A stretch of 64,000 nt of DNA from Octopus sinensis (taxonomy: Eukaryota): the NCBI RefSeq assembly GCF_006345805.1, contig NC_043025.1, positions 6,076,001 through 6,140,000 of the forward strand, read 5' to 3'. Position 1 is the stretch's first letter. Every line of letters begins with the position of its first letter. Below are positions 34,231 through 46,319 of the stretch, one piece after another. The position numbers were made by a program, and so were the translations under genes. The notes under the pieces were generated by a model. It was not told where the DNA came from, did no database searches, and saw only the letters and a list, made by a program, of their open reading frames with translations.

Positions 34231-34436
34231 CCCTTTTGTTACTAACTCTGGCTCAGTGGTCAAATGTTTTGTTTTCATAAGTTTTGAATTAAAATCTTCC
34301 ACCAAACCTTAGTCACAATTTATGTTCCTAACACTAACTTAATGATAACTGAGTTATTTTACTAAATTCTTTGTTATACTTTAAATTAATTGAAAGAAAC
34401 ACAGAGCATCTCAACAGAAATATGGTAACAAAAGGG
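34231..34436. mobile_element. piggyBac-type MITE (family 2, 206 bp)
   Basis: TTAA TSD at 34227-34230 and 34437-34440. TIR CCCTTTTGTTAC / GTAACAAAAGGG. Confidence 0.85.
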
Positions 34437-35594
34437 TTAACAACGAAAGATTATAACAATGAAAATCTCCCAAAAGGGGGGGAGACATTATGAAAGGTTC
34501 CTGGTGGAAAAAACCCATAAAAGTCAATGGGAGCCTGGTCAAAAAAAAGGGGAGGTAGAGAGCCCCTTTCTCCTTTTATATTACCTTTTTAAATCACAGG
34601 TGTAACCTCAGAATGGCTCCTTTCATACTGGCCATTCTTGCGACATTTATCCACCTTTCATTAAACTTGTAATTCGTTTATTGGCCACAAGGGCTAACAA
34701 AAATCAATCAAAACATAAAGGGACAAAACAGAGGACGAAAGCTACAAAGGGTTTTGTCCGTTTGAAAAAAAAGGTCCATGTACAAAAGCAGGATAACAAC
34801 GAAATATAAGTAACAATTAAAAATCCCAATAGGGGGAGGCGCTTCGAAAGGTTACTCGTGGAAAAGCCCATAAAAGCCACGGGAGCCTGGTCAAAAGGGG
34901 AGGTAGAGAGCCCCTTTCTCCTTTTATATTTCCTTTTAATTTTTCACAGGTGTATCCTCAGAATTGGTCCGTTCATACTGGCCATTCTTGCGACATTCAC
35001 CCACTTTTCAATAAACTTGCTACCAGACATCACTTCCCTCTCTACTCTCATCTTCCTTTTCAAGTGAAACTTGAAAAAGTTGATGAGGCCCTGGCCAAAG
35101 AGGAAAGTGTATGACCTTAGCCCAAATAATGAATAATAATAATAATAAGCCTTTCTACTAAAGGTACATGGCCTGAAATTTGCGGGGAGGGGAATAGGCG
35201 ATTAGATCGACCCCAGTGTTTCACTGGTACTTAATTTATCGACCCTGAAAGGATGAAAGGCAAAGTCAACCTTGGTGGAATTTGAAATCAGAACACAAAG
35301 ACAGATGAAATGCCGATAAGCATTTTGGCCAGGGTGCTAATGATTCAGCCAGCTCACCACTTTAATAATAATAATAATAATGGTTTCAAATTTTGGCGCA
35401 AGGCCACTGATTTCGTTGGGAGGGGGGGGTAGTCAATTACATTGACCCTGGTACTCAACTGGTACTTATTTTATCAACCTCAAGAGGATGAAAGGCAAAG
35501 TCAGCCTTGGCAGAATTTGAACCCAGACCACCTAGAGATGAAATGCTGCTAAGTATTTTGCCTGACCTGCTAACGATTCTGCCAGCTCACTGCC

Positions 35595-35633
<39 letters not shown>

Positions 35634-35646
35634 GTAATAGTAATAG

Positions 35647-35732
<86 letters not shown>

Positions 35733-35811
35733 TAATAATAATAATCTTTTCTGCTGAAGGTACAAGGCCTCACGGCCTTTGATCTTAAATGACTGGAAGT
35801 GTTGTCATATC

Positions 35812-36448
35812 TCTTTTCTCTTTTTACTTGTTTCAGTCATTATGACTGCGGCCATGCTGGAGCACTGCTTTTTTTAATCGAGCAACTCGACCCCGGGACT
35901 TATTCTTTGTAAGCCCAGTACTTATTCTATCGGTCTCTTGCCGAACCGCTAAGTGACGGGGACGTAAACACACCAGCATCGGTTGTCAAGCAATGCTAGG
36001 GGAACAAACACAGGCACACAAACATACACGCACATACATATACACATATACATATATACGACGGGCTTCTTTCAGTTTCCGTCTACCAAATCCACTCACA
36101 AGGCTTTGGTAGGCCCAAGGCTATAGCAGAAGACACTTGCCCAAGATGCCACGCAGTGGGACTGAACCCGGAACCATGTGGTTGGTTAGCAAGCTACTTA
36201 CCACACACCAGCATCGGTTGTCAAGCAATGCTAGGGGGACAAACACAGACACACAAACATACACGCACATACATATATATATATACATATATACGACAGG
36301 CTTCTTTCAGTTTCCGTCTACCAAATCCACTCACAAGGCTTTGGTCAGCCCGAGGCTATAGTGTGGCCCAAGGTGCCACACAGTGGGACTGAACCCAGAA
36401 CCATGTGGTTGGTTAGCAAGCTACTTACCACACAGCCACTCCTGCGCC
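35812..36448 (-). mobile_element. SINE family A with an internal duplication
   Basis: The CACCAGCATCGG...ACCACAC segment is present twice. Confidence 0.85.
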
Positions 36449-37059
36449 TACATACATGTAAAAGAGATTAAAAAATGGCCTACAGCAAATATTCTGCTCA
36501 ATACCACAGATTTGCTTTTCAGTTGTTTGACCATAACCAGTTGAGCATGTCCCTTAGTGGCTGACGATATGTGCATCTCTGATCAAGAGCAGGAGTAGTG
36601 GGGGAGCATCATAGCTGTGTGTTGAGAGGGGTTCTTTGGGGTTTGAATAATTCACCTCTGGAAACATGGGTGTTTAATTTATCATCCTTAAACAGACCTT
36701 ATCCAGGGACCTTTTGAATGGGATGGATTTCTCAACCTGAAGAAAATTCTAACTGGGCCCCACCTGCAAGGTCATGCATTGTTTATCTTGATATGAGATA
36801 ACCATGTCATGCACATATGGTTGTGATGCATGTGGCTGGTGTACCCTTATCAGACTGGTAGTCCTGATGGGCTATATGGGGTTTTGTATAATTTTATCCC
36901 AGTGTCACTTTGATGGCATGTGCTGCTCTCTCACTCAATAATAATAATAATAATAATAATATGCAAACAAACCAGTGTTGGTTTGTTTGCATTCCTATAA
37001 CCTAGTTGTTCAGCAAAAAGAGCCCGATAGAATATATACCAAACTTAAAAAGAAAAAAA

Positions 37060-37465
37060 AAATGTACTGGGGTTGATTTTGTTAAATAAACTCCTCAAGG
37101 AGGTGCCCCAGCATGGCCACAGTCCAATGACTGAAACAAGTAGCATGGCCACAGACCAATGACTGAAACAAGTAAAAGGTAAAAGATATACTGGGGTTGA
37201 TTTGTTCAACTAAAACCCTTCAAGGTGGTGCCCCAGCATGGCCACAGTCCAATGACTGCAACAAGTAAAAGATAAAAGATATACTGCCTTTGATTTGTTC
37301 AACTAAAAGTCTTCAAGGCGGTGCCCCAGCATGGCCACAGTCCAATGACTGAAACAGGTAAAAGATAAAAGATATACTGGGGCTGATTTGCTCAACTAAA
37401 AGTCTTCAGAGAGGTGCCCCAGCATGGCCGCAGTCCAATGACTGAAGCCAGTAAAACAATAAAAC
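37060..37465 (+). repeat. About 4 x 93-bp tandem of a SINE A-like 3' end
   Basis: TACTGGGGTTGATTTG...CCCCAGCATGGCCACAGTCCAATGACTGAAACAAGTAAAAG units near 37065, 37189, 37282 and 37375. Confidence 0.8.
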
Positions 37466-37522
37466 ATAAAAAAGCAGCAATGAAAAAAAAAGAAAGAAAG
37501 AAACAAGGTTAATCAGACTTAC

Positions 37523-37630
37523 ATCGAATTTGCCAGCATTCTGGTTCATAAGGAAACTGCTTCCACATAGATGTTGCCACGCCCTGGCCCGCAGAGAGGG
37601 TGGGATTCCTTTTCGACATCTGGCCTTCAC
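37523..37630 (-). CDS. TBC1D10A: TBC1D10-like coding exon (108 bp): VKARCRKGIPPSLRARAWQHLCGSSFLMNQNAGKFD
   Basis: AG acceptor at 37631-37632, GTAAGT donor at 37517-37522. Contains the TBC motif A 'KGIPPSLRARAW'. Confidence 0.96.
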
Positions 37631-37751
37631 CTGGAGGAGTAAGGAGAGCAACGAAAACATACAGAACCATATAAATGAGTAACAAGGGGTGAAGGTTCAG
37701 GGGTTAGAGGTCAAGGGTGACATGCTTCTTCGGGGTGGAGGGTGGGGTAAA

Positions 37752-38619
37752 TCTTTATATATAAAAGTGAAGTTGTGTGTCTGTCTTCTATGATTTAGAT
37801 TCCTAACTACTCCCACATTTTGCGGTGCAGTTTAACCAAAACCGGGTATCTTATAGTCATGATTCATATCGAGCCCATCTGGGTATTAGCGCACGTCTAC
37901 GATGAGTCTACAATTTTAAAAATAATTTAACATAATTTTTTTCCATTTTAATGCATATTTTTTCGTGTGTCTATGGCGGCGGAGTTGGCGTCCATGCTCA
38001 CACCTGCACCTGTGTTGTTTCTCCGCCTTCTTCCCTCCCTCGTGAAGCTGTGGGGAAGGGAGTGTAAGGAAATCAACGTCGTAAAGCGATTCTTAAAAAA
38101 ATTTACCATAATTTTTTTCCTATTTTTAATGCATTTTTTCGCTATTATATAAGGGAAGTAACTCTCTAAAAATGTCTACGATGAGTCAACGATTCTTAAA
38201 AAAATTTACCATCATTTTTTCCCATTTTAATGCATTTTTTCGCTATTATATAAGGGAAGTAACTCTCTAAAAATGTCTACGATGAGTCAACGATTCTTTA
38301 AAAAATTTACCATCATTTTTTTCCCATTTTTAATGCATTTTTTTCACTATTATATAAGGGAAGTAACTCTCTAAAAATGTCTACGATGAGTCAACGATTC
38401 TTAAAAAAATTTACCATAATTTTTTTCCATTTAAATGCATTTTTCGCTATTATATAAGGGAAGTAACTCACTAAAAATGTCTACGATGAGTCAACGATTC
38501 TTAAAAAAATTTACCATCATTTTTTTCCATTTTAATGCATTTTTTCGCTATAACTCTCTAAAAATGCTTATATAGTTATTTCCCTTACAAACCCGAGCAA
38601 CGCCGGGCAATACTGCTAG
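37752..38619 (+). mobile_element. Non-autonomous Helitron with an internal ~102-bp tandem array
   Basis: A|TC at 37751/37752. 3' end CCCGAGCAACGCCGGG hairpin plus CTAG (38616-38619), followed by T. GGGAAGTAACTCTCTAAAAATG units at 38153, 38254, 38358 and 38458. Confidence 0.85.
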
Positions 38620-39059
38620 TTAGACATAAATGATTTATGTGGTGTGCATGTGTTAGGGTATTGCATTTAGGATCACAAGACTTGTAGTTTCAATTCCTGG
38701 ACCAGGTGATGGGTTATTGGACAGTCCCATTGAAGACATGATGCAGTAGTTAGGGTTCTTGCACTCGTGGTCATAAGATTCCAGTTTTGGTCCCAAGACA
38801 TAATGCTGTATCATATTCTTGAGCAAAACACTGAGTCATCACCACCGTCGTCACCATTCAACATCCGTTGTCCATGCTGGCATGGGTTGGTCAGTTTGAC
38901 CAGAGATGGTAAGCTGGAGAGCTGCACCAGGCTCCAGCCTTCTGTTTTGGTATGGCTTCTATGGTTGGATGCCTTTCCTAATGCCAGCCCCTTTATAGAG
39001 TGAGCTGGGTGCTTTTACGTGGCACTACATGAGTGTTATTATGTGGCACCGGCACAAGC

Positions 39060-39490
39060 CAATCCTCTTCACCAGGGGTACCAACCTTGACACTTCTGCT
39101 TTGGAGGATGGGCCTTCTTCAGTACAGCAAGGCACCAAGGATCTTGGTCCTTTCTCATTTTGTCTGAAAGGTACCAACCTCAACATTTCTGCTTTGAAGG
39201 ATGGGCCTTCTTCAGTACAGTAACGCACCAGGGATCTTGGTCCTTTCTCATTTTGTCTCAAAGATACCAACCTTAACACTTTTGCTTTGGAGGATGGGCC
39301 TTCTTCAGTACAGCAAGGCACCAGGGATCTTGGTCCTTTTTCATCTTGTCTCAAAGGTACCAGCCTTAACACTTCTGCTTTGGAGGGTGGGCCTTCTTCA
39401 GTACAGCAAGGCACCAGGGACCTTGGTACTTTCTCATCTTGTCTCAAAAGCATCAGCCTTAACACTTCTGCTTTGGAAGATGGGTCTCAG
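39060..39490. repeat. 93-bp minisatellite (about 4.5 copies)
   Basis: GGATGGGCCTTCTTCAGTACAG recurs with ~93-bp spacing from about 39106 to 39480. The period is a multiple of 3, which explains the 31-aa repeat ORFs. Confidence 0.85.
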
Positions 39491-39810
39491 CTCTTTGGGA
39501 TCTCATCTGAAAGGTTCAGAGTCCTGAGGTCACCCTTCAGTACTTCGTCCCATGTCTTCCTGGGACTCTCACTTCCACGTGTTCCATCTACTTTGAGGGA
39601 TCAGCACTTCTTTATGGACCTATATTGGCATCCATCGGCATCACACGACCAAACCAACACAATCTTCTCTCTGGCACACAGCATCTAATTCTTCTTATGC
39701 CTAATTTCTGTCTCAATACACTAATTCTTTGTAGAACATGTCCACTTACATTACACATCGAGCGGGGCATACTAGCCTCATCCCTCTCCAACTTTTGCAA
39801 GTCCTCTGCA
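39490..39810 (-). mobile_element. RTE-type LINE ORF 3' fragment
   Basis: KLERDEASMPRSMCNVS...LRQKLGIRRIRCCVPERRLCWFGRVMPMD...SPRKTWDEVLKGDLRTL resembles the 'RRLRWFGHV.RM...GRPRKTW' RT C-terminus. Confidence 0.75.
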
Positions 39811-39811
39811 A

Positions 39812-40210
39812 TACTCTCTTTTACTTGTTTCAGTCATTTGACTGCGGCCATGCTGGAGCACCGCCTTTAGACGAGCAAATCGACCCCGGGACTTATTCTT
39901 TTGTAAGCCCAGTACTTATTCTATCAGTCTCTTTTTGCCGAACCGTTAAGTGACGGGGACGTAAACACACCAGCATCAGTTGTCAAGCAATGCTAGGGGG
40001 ACAAACACAGACACATAAACACACATATACATATATATACATATATACGACAGGCTTCTTTCAGTTTCCGTCTACCAAATCCACTCACAAGGCATTGGTC
40101 GGCCCGGGGCTATAGCAGAAGACACTTGCCCAAGATGCCACGCAGTGGGACTGAACCCGGAACCATGTGGTTGGTTAGCAAGCTACTTACCACACAGCCA
40201 CTCCTGCGCC
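39812..40210 (-). mobile_element. SINE family A
   Basis: Matches the family A consensus. Confidence 0.9.
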
Positions 40211-40376
40211 TAGATTTATTTTTTAATATGTTTTTTCATGTTTGAAAACAAACTGGTTGACCAGTAAGTAGCCCAGTGGTTAAGCTGTTTTACTCAACTT
40301 TAATAGTGGTGGCCATAGTGGTTGTGGTAATGGTGGTGGTGAAAGGAAATAATGAACATGGAACAAAAGAACTTAC

Positions 40377-40476
40377 TTTTTTAAATCGTTTCGTCATCCA
40401 TTTCTCCCAGTTCTCAAACATGTCGATCCACTTCACTTCACGTTTTCGGATCATCTCCAGGGTCAGACGAGGAATC
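40377..40476 (-). CDS. TBC1D10A: TBC1D10-like coding exon (100 bp): (G)IPRLTLEMIRKREVKWIDMFENWEKWMTKRFKK
   Basis: AG acceptor at 40477-40478, GTAAGT donor at 40371-40376. Matches EPI64 '[24 protein letters not shown]'. Confidence 0.93.
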
Positions 40477-40789
40477 CTGAGGAAGAAGAAAAAAAGAATA
40501 GGAAACAATCATGAGACATGCCACCGTGGGGGATTCATTGCAATGACATTATACACAAGGGGAGGTGCTGGAAAGTTCCTGGTTTTGGGTTTAAGAAAAT
40601 ACAGGAGGATCAGTTCAGTTGTGATTTTATTCAATATAATCCCTTAAAGCCGGGAACTTTTACTCATGAAATTAATGTGCAAGTGGCTGAGCAACGACAA
40701 CAGTAACTACATACTGTCGTTGTAATAAGAGAATAAGCAGAAGTGCTTCAAGAGGAAACAGCTGGAATTTACCCTATATATACATTATA

Positions 40790-41290
40790 TAGAGAGAGAG
40801 GGGGGAGAGAGAAAGAGAGAGGGGGAGAGAGAAAGAGAGAGGGGGAGAGAGAAAGAGAGAGGGGGGGGAAAGGAAGAAGAAGGAAAAGGAAAAGAAGAAG
40901 GAAAAGAAGGAGAAAAAGAAGAAGGAAAAGAAGGAAAAGAAGAAGAAGAGAAGAAGGAGAAGAAGAAGAAGGAAAAGGAGAAGAAGGAAAAGAAGAAGAA
41001 AAAGAAGGAGAAGAAGAAGAAGGAAAGGGAGAAGAAGAAAAAGGAAAAGAAGGAGGAAGAAGAAGAAAAAGGAAAAGAAGGAGAAGAAGGAAAAGAAGAA
41101 GAAGAAGAAGGAGGAGAAGAAGAAGGAAAAGAAGGAGAAGAAGAAGGAGAAGAAGAAGGAAAAGGAAAGGGAGGAGAAGAAGAAAAAGGAAAAGAAGGAG
41201 GAAAAGAAGAAGAAGGAAAAGAAGAAGAAGTAGAAGGAAAAGAAGAAGGAAAAGAAGAAAAAGAAGGAAAAGAAGAAGAAAAGGAAGATG
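40790..41290. repeat. (GAA/GGAAAA)n purine microsatellite
   Basis: Direct inspection. The R/K/E-rich ORF 40743-41291 is an artefact. Confidence 0.9.
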
Positions 41291-41484
41291 ATGATGTAGA
41301 TTGGGAAGTTAATAATTGTCTATTATTAACAACGACTTAATCCTCAGTCCTTACAGCTGTTTCAATTAATTACTCAGTATACATCAAATTTATATGGCCT
41401 GAGCGTAACATCTTCGGAGGGGGAAAAATATATCCTTGGAGGTTTTATATGTGTTTATGGAAACACATAAAACATCCAAGGGTG

Positions 41485-42925
41485 TACTTAACTGCTATTT
41501 ATTTTATCGACCCTGAAAGGGAGAAAGGTAAAGTCGACCTTGAGAGAATTTGAACTCAGAACATAAAGCCTGAAATTTTGTGAGAAGGGGCTAATTGATT
41601 ACATGAACCCCAGTATTCAACTGGTACTTATTTTATTGACCCTGAGAGGAAGAAAGGTAAAGTCGACCTTGAGAAAATTTGAACTCAGAACATAAAGCTG
41701 GAAAGCCTGAAATTTTGTGAGAATGGGCTGATTACATGAACCCCAGTATTCAACTGGTACTTATTTTATCGACTCTGAAAGGATGAAAGGTAAAGTTGAC
41801 CTTGAGAGAATTTGAACTCAGAACATAAAGCTGGAAAGCCTGAAATTTTGTGAGAAGGGGCTAATTGGTTACATGAACCCCAGTATTCAACTGGTATTTA
41901 TTTTATTGACCCTGAAAGGAAGAAAGGTAAAGTTGACCTTGAGAGAATTTGAACTCAGAACATAAAGCTGGAAAGCCTGAAATTTTGTGAGAAGGGGCTG
42001 ATTGATTACATGAACCCCAGTATTCAACTGGTACTTATTTTATTGACCCTGAAAGGAAGAAAGGTAAAGTAGACCTTGAGAGAATTTGAACTCAGAACAT
42101 AAAGCTGGAAAGCCTGAAATTTTGTGAGAAGGGGCTGATTGATTACATGCACCCCAGTATTCAACTGGTACTTATTTTATTGACCCTGAAAGGAAGAAAG
42201 GTAAAGTAGACCTTGAGAGAATTTGAACTCAGAACATAAAGCTGGAAAGCCTGAAATTTTGTGAGAAGGGGCTGATTGATTACATGAACCCCAGTATTCA
42301 ACTGGTACTTATTTTATTGACCCTGAAAGGAAGAAAGGTAAAGTAGACCTTGAGAGAATTTGAACTCAGAACATAAAGCTGGAAAGCCTGAAATTTTGTG
42401 AGAAGGGGCTGATTGATTACATGAACCCCAGTATTCAACTGGTACTTATTTTATTGATCCTGAAAGGAAGAAAGGTAAAGTAGACCTTGAGAGAATTTGA
42501 ACTCAGAACATAAAGCTGGAAAGCCTGAAATTTTGTGAGAAGGGGCTGATTGATTACATGCACCCCAGTATTTAACTGGTACTTATTGTATCGACCCTGA
42601 AAGGAAGAAAGGTAAAGTAGACCTTGAGAGAATTTGAACTCAGAACATAAAGCTGGAAAGCCTGAAATTTTGTGAGAAGGGGCTAATTGATTACATGAAC
42701 CCCAGTATTCAACTGGTACTTATTGTATCGACCCTGAAAGGAAGAAAGGTAAAGTAGACCTTGAGAGAATTTGAACTCAGAACATAAAGCTGGAAAGCCT
42801 GAAATTTTGTGAGAAGGGGCTAATTGATTACATGAACCCCAGTATTCAACTGGTACTTATTTTATTGACCCTGAGAGAAAGAAAGGCAAAATTGACCTTG
42901 GAGGAATTTCAACCTAGAATGTAAA
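41485..42925 (-). repeat. Tandem array (about 10 x 137 bp) derived from a SINE B-related element
   Basis: GAAAGCCTGAAATTTTGTGAGAAGGGG at 41701, 41834, 41971, 42108, 42245, 42382, 42519, 42656 and 42793. Confidence 0.92.
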
Positions 42926-43651
42926 TCCGGAAGAAAATGGCAAAGTTATAACAATAGTAGACACTTCTTGAAAGTGGTGTTGTAGAGTGGCATGGCACCC
43001 AAAGACATGTTAAAGTTAGAAGTTAGGGAACTTCGTAGCCACATGGCAATCAATGTAATTGCCTTCCACCATGTTGAATGGTGCCCAAACATGGTTGCAG
43101 TCAAATAAAAAAAAAAAAAAAAAAAAAAACGACCCACCATCACAACAATAACAGCAACAATGCAAAAATGTAATACACAGAAAGGAAAAAAAACCACAAA
43201 AAAAAAAAACAAAGTACTAACAGCCGGAGTAGAGAATAGAGATGGTGGTTCTGTTGGTGGTGGTGGCGGGGAGAGGTAGATGTTGTGTAGCGGACGATGG
43301 AAGGGGTTGCAGTGGCGCAGGTGGGGAAGGGGTCGCAGTGGCGCTGGTGGGGAAGAGGAAGATATCCTGTTGTAGATGGGGGGGGGGGCGAGCGGAGGGC
43401 AGTGGTGGTGGTGTTGGCATGGGGCTAGAGGAAGACATGTAAAAGACAAATGAAACAGCTTAAAGAAGTACATAGCTGACATTCCAGTGTGTTTAATTAC
43501 AAGAGGAGCTACTGTAACCTAAACTGCTGACAATGACAGACATGGCCATGCCACCACCACAACACTCTCTTTATGAATACATACATATATAAATATATAA
43601 TATACACACATACACACACAACATCCGTTTCACTTCTCTTTCTCTCTCTAC

Positions 43652-43681
<30 letters not shown>

Positions 43682-43682
<1 letters not shown>

Positions 43683-44204
43683 CTCTTTTACTTGTTTCAG
43701 TCATTTGACTGCGGCCATGCTGGAGCACCGCCTTTAATCGAGCAACTCGACCCCGGGACTTATTCTTTTTTAAGCCCAGTACTTATTCTATCAGTCTCTT
43801 TTGCCAAACCGCTAAGTGACGGGGACACACCAGCATCGGTTGTCAAGCAATGCTAGGGGAAGAAACACAGACACACAAACATATATATATATATGTATAC
43901 ATATATACGACGGGCTTCTTTCAGTTTCCGTCTACCAAATCCACTCACAACGCTTTGGTCGGCCCGATATATATATACTCTTTTACTTGTTTCAGTCATT
44001 TGACTGTGGCCATGCTGAAGCACCGCATTTAGTCAAGCAAATCGACCCCAGGACTTATTCTTTGTAAGCCTAATACTTATTCTATCGGTTTCTTTTGCCG
44101 AACTGCTAAGTTATGGAAACGTAAACACACCACCATTGGTTGTCAAGCGACGTTGGGGGGACAAACACAGACACACAAACATATACACACACATACATAT
44201 ATGC

Positions 44205-44235
<31 letters not shown>

Positions 44236-44398
44236 ATATACATATATATATACAACGGGCTTCTTTCAGTTTCCATGTACCAAATCCTTGGTTGGTCCAA
44301 GGCTATAGTAGAAGACACTTGTCCAAGGTGCCACGCATGGGACTGAACCCGGAACCATGTGGTTGGTAAGCAAGCTACTTAACAGCCACTCCTACGCC

Positions 44399-44399
<1 letters not shown>
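43682..44399 (-). mobile_element. Two adjacent SINE family A copies (one truncated)
   Basis: Family A consensus at about 43682-43965 and 43975-44399. Confidence 0.82.
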
Positions 44400-44451
<52 letters not shown>

Positions 44452-44519
44452 TATATATATATATATATACATACATACATACAAAAACTTACATTTTACT
44501 ACCGTCTGTCTATCTTCTT

Positions 44520-44552
<33 letters not shown>

Positions 44553-45009
44553 CTAGCTGACGTACCCAGTAATTCCCGGGAAAGCTTATCCCTTGTTCCA
44601 TTCTCATAACTGTTTTGCTAATCCACAATACAAAGTATGTAGCCCTTAAAACAATTTTTGTGTATCTATTGAGAATACTGAACTGTCTCACACAGGATAA
44701 TGTTTTTAGGAATTCCCTAAATTATGAATACCCAAATTATGAAATCGGTTATGTTATAACATGAAATTAATTACCCGATAGTAAGAATTCAAATAAAGTA
44801 GCCCCGAAAAGGGCTTTAATATGTTCCCAAAGTATACAGAACTTAGGAGGAAATACTAATAAGGTGTGTATACTAAAATCGTGAAGCATGTTACGTAATA
44901 ACAGGCTAATCAGATATGAAATGATAACAATTATAAAGTAAATAACTCTGTAAAGGGCTTTTGTGCGTTCCCAGAGACTAGTACCATCAGGGGCGCTAGT
45001 GTTGGTATC

Positions 45010-45440
45010 ATCATCATCATCATTTACGTCCGTTTTCCATGCTAGCATGGGTTGGACGGTTCAACTGGGGTCTGGGGAGCCCGAAGGCTGCAACAGGCCA
45101 GTCAGATCTGGCAGTGTTTCTACAGCTGGATGCCCTTCCTAACGCCAACCACTCCGAGAGTGTAGTGGGTGATTTTATGTGCCACCGACACAGGTGCCAA
45201 ACGAGGCTGGCGAACGGCCACGCTCGGACGGTGTTTTTTATGTGCCACCGACACAGGTGACAGACGAGGCTGGCAGACGGCCACGCTCGGATGGTGTTTG
45301 TTACATGCCCACAGTCGATGCGGTACTGGCTACGGCCACGTTCGGATGGTTTTCTTATGTGCCACTGGCACTGGTACCACAAAGATACAAATTCCATTGA
45401 TGTTCATCTATTTTGATTTGGTTTGATTTTGATTTTGATT
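45010..45440 (-). mobile_element. SINE family C
   Basis: (ATC)n tail and family C body. Confidence 0.8.
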
Positions 45441-45514
45441 TTCACTTACCTCAACAAGTTACTAACTGCAATAAATGGATCTATAGTTTAGGAAAATACT
45501 ATTTACATGTTTAA

Positions 45515-45736
45515 CCCTTTCAGTACTGTATTTATTTTGAGATGCTCTGGGTCTCTTTTAATTAATTTTAAATAAAACAAAGAATTTAGTAAAATAACTT
45601 GGTTATCATTAAGCTAGTGTTAGGAACATAAATTGTGACTAAGGTTTGGTGGAAGATTTTAATTCAAAACTTATGAAAACAAGACATTTGTACTACAGAG
45701 CCAGAGGTGGTTTCAGCTGGGTTGGTATCAAAAGGG
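45515..45736. mobile_element. piggyBac-type MITE (family 2)
   Basis: TTAA-CCCTTT ... AAAGGG-TTAA; the interior matches 34231-34436 in reverse. Confidence 0.8.
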
Positions 45737-45760
45737 TTAAAAATATCATGGTGACTTTAA

Positions 45761-45972
45761 CCCTTTTGTTACCATATTTCTGTTGAGATTCACTGTGTTT
45801 CTCTCAATTAATTTTAAATATAACAAAGGATTTAGTAAAATAACTTAGTTATCATTAAGCTAGTGTTAGGAAAATAAATTGTGACTAAGGCTTGGTGGAA
45901 GATTTTAATTCAAAACAAGACATTTAGTTCTCAGAGCCAGAGCCGGTTTCAGCCGGGTTGGTAATGAAAGGG
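45761..45972. mobile_element. piggyBac-type MITE (family 2), adjacent copy
   Basis: TTAA at 45757-45760 and 45973-45976; same interior. Confidence 0.8.
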
Positions 45973-46319
45973 TTAAGGGTTGTACTGGATAAATTGTGAA
46001 TATAACTAACAGCTCAAATACTAAAAAGTAAGTATATTCGATTTATACGAAACAATTTACATACATGAATGTGTTATTTCCCTTCGCTATATATAATGAT
46101 CCCTTTCAGGAGCGAATGTGTTATTTCCCTTGGATGTCTAACACTAATACATTAGTTATATGTAGTAGATATAAGAATCCCTTCCATGCTATGTAAGTGC
46201 AAATCCCAGCACTTCATGGGTTAACGTAGTTCTCAGGGAGATTCAGCATAACACAGAGTGTGACAAGGCTGGCCCTTTGGAAAACAGGTGTGTGTGTATG
46301 TATATATATATACATATAT

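Larger units (their letters stand above)
12370..40476 (-). other. TBC1D10A: Gene model span (5'-partial): TBC1D10A/B-like Rab GTPase-activating protein (EPI64/whacked family), 8 coding exons found
   Basis: Exons 40377-40476, 37523-37630, 33937-34043, 29589-29769, 27924-27998, 17371-17485, 16057-16211 and 12370-12498 join in frame with GT-AG introns. They give a continuous TBC domain (KWIDMFENWEKW...RCRKGIPPSLRARAW...[10 protein letters not shown]...GYCQAQ...LYMTEWFMC...[11 protein letters not shown]). The A versus B paralog cannot be assigned; it is probably a single invertebrate ortholog. Confidence 0.95.
44553..46169 (-). mobile_element. Possible older Helitron carrying nested SINE C and piggyBac MITE insertions
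   Basis: Minus-strand 3' end ...CCCGGGAATTACTGGGTACGTCAGCTAG|T at 44553 and a candidate 5' A|TCTACTAC at 46169. Continuity of the interior is not proven. Confidence 0.4.

Noticed and set aside
40556-40662. Short mariner-like MITE (GGTGCTGGAAAGTTCCTGG / GCCGGGAACTTTT)
   Set aside because: The inverted match is short and imperfect and has no clear TA TSD. It is too weak to call.
40743-41291. Arg/Lys-rich protamine-like ORF
   Set aside because: It is a pure GAA/GGA purine microsatellite with no T, so it cannot contain stop codons.
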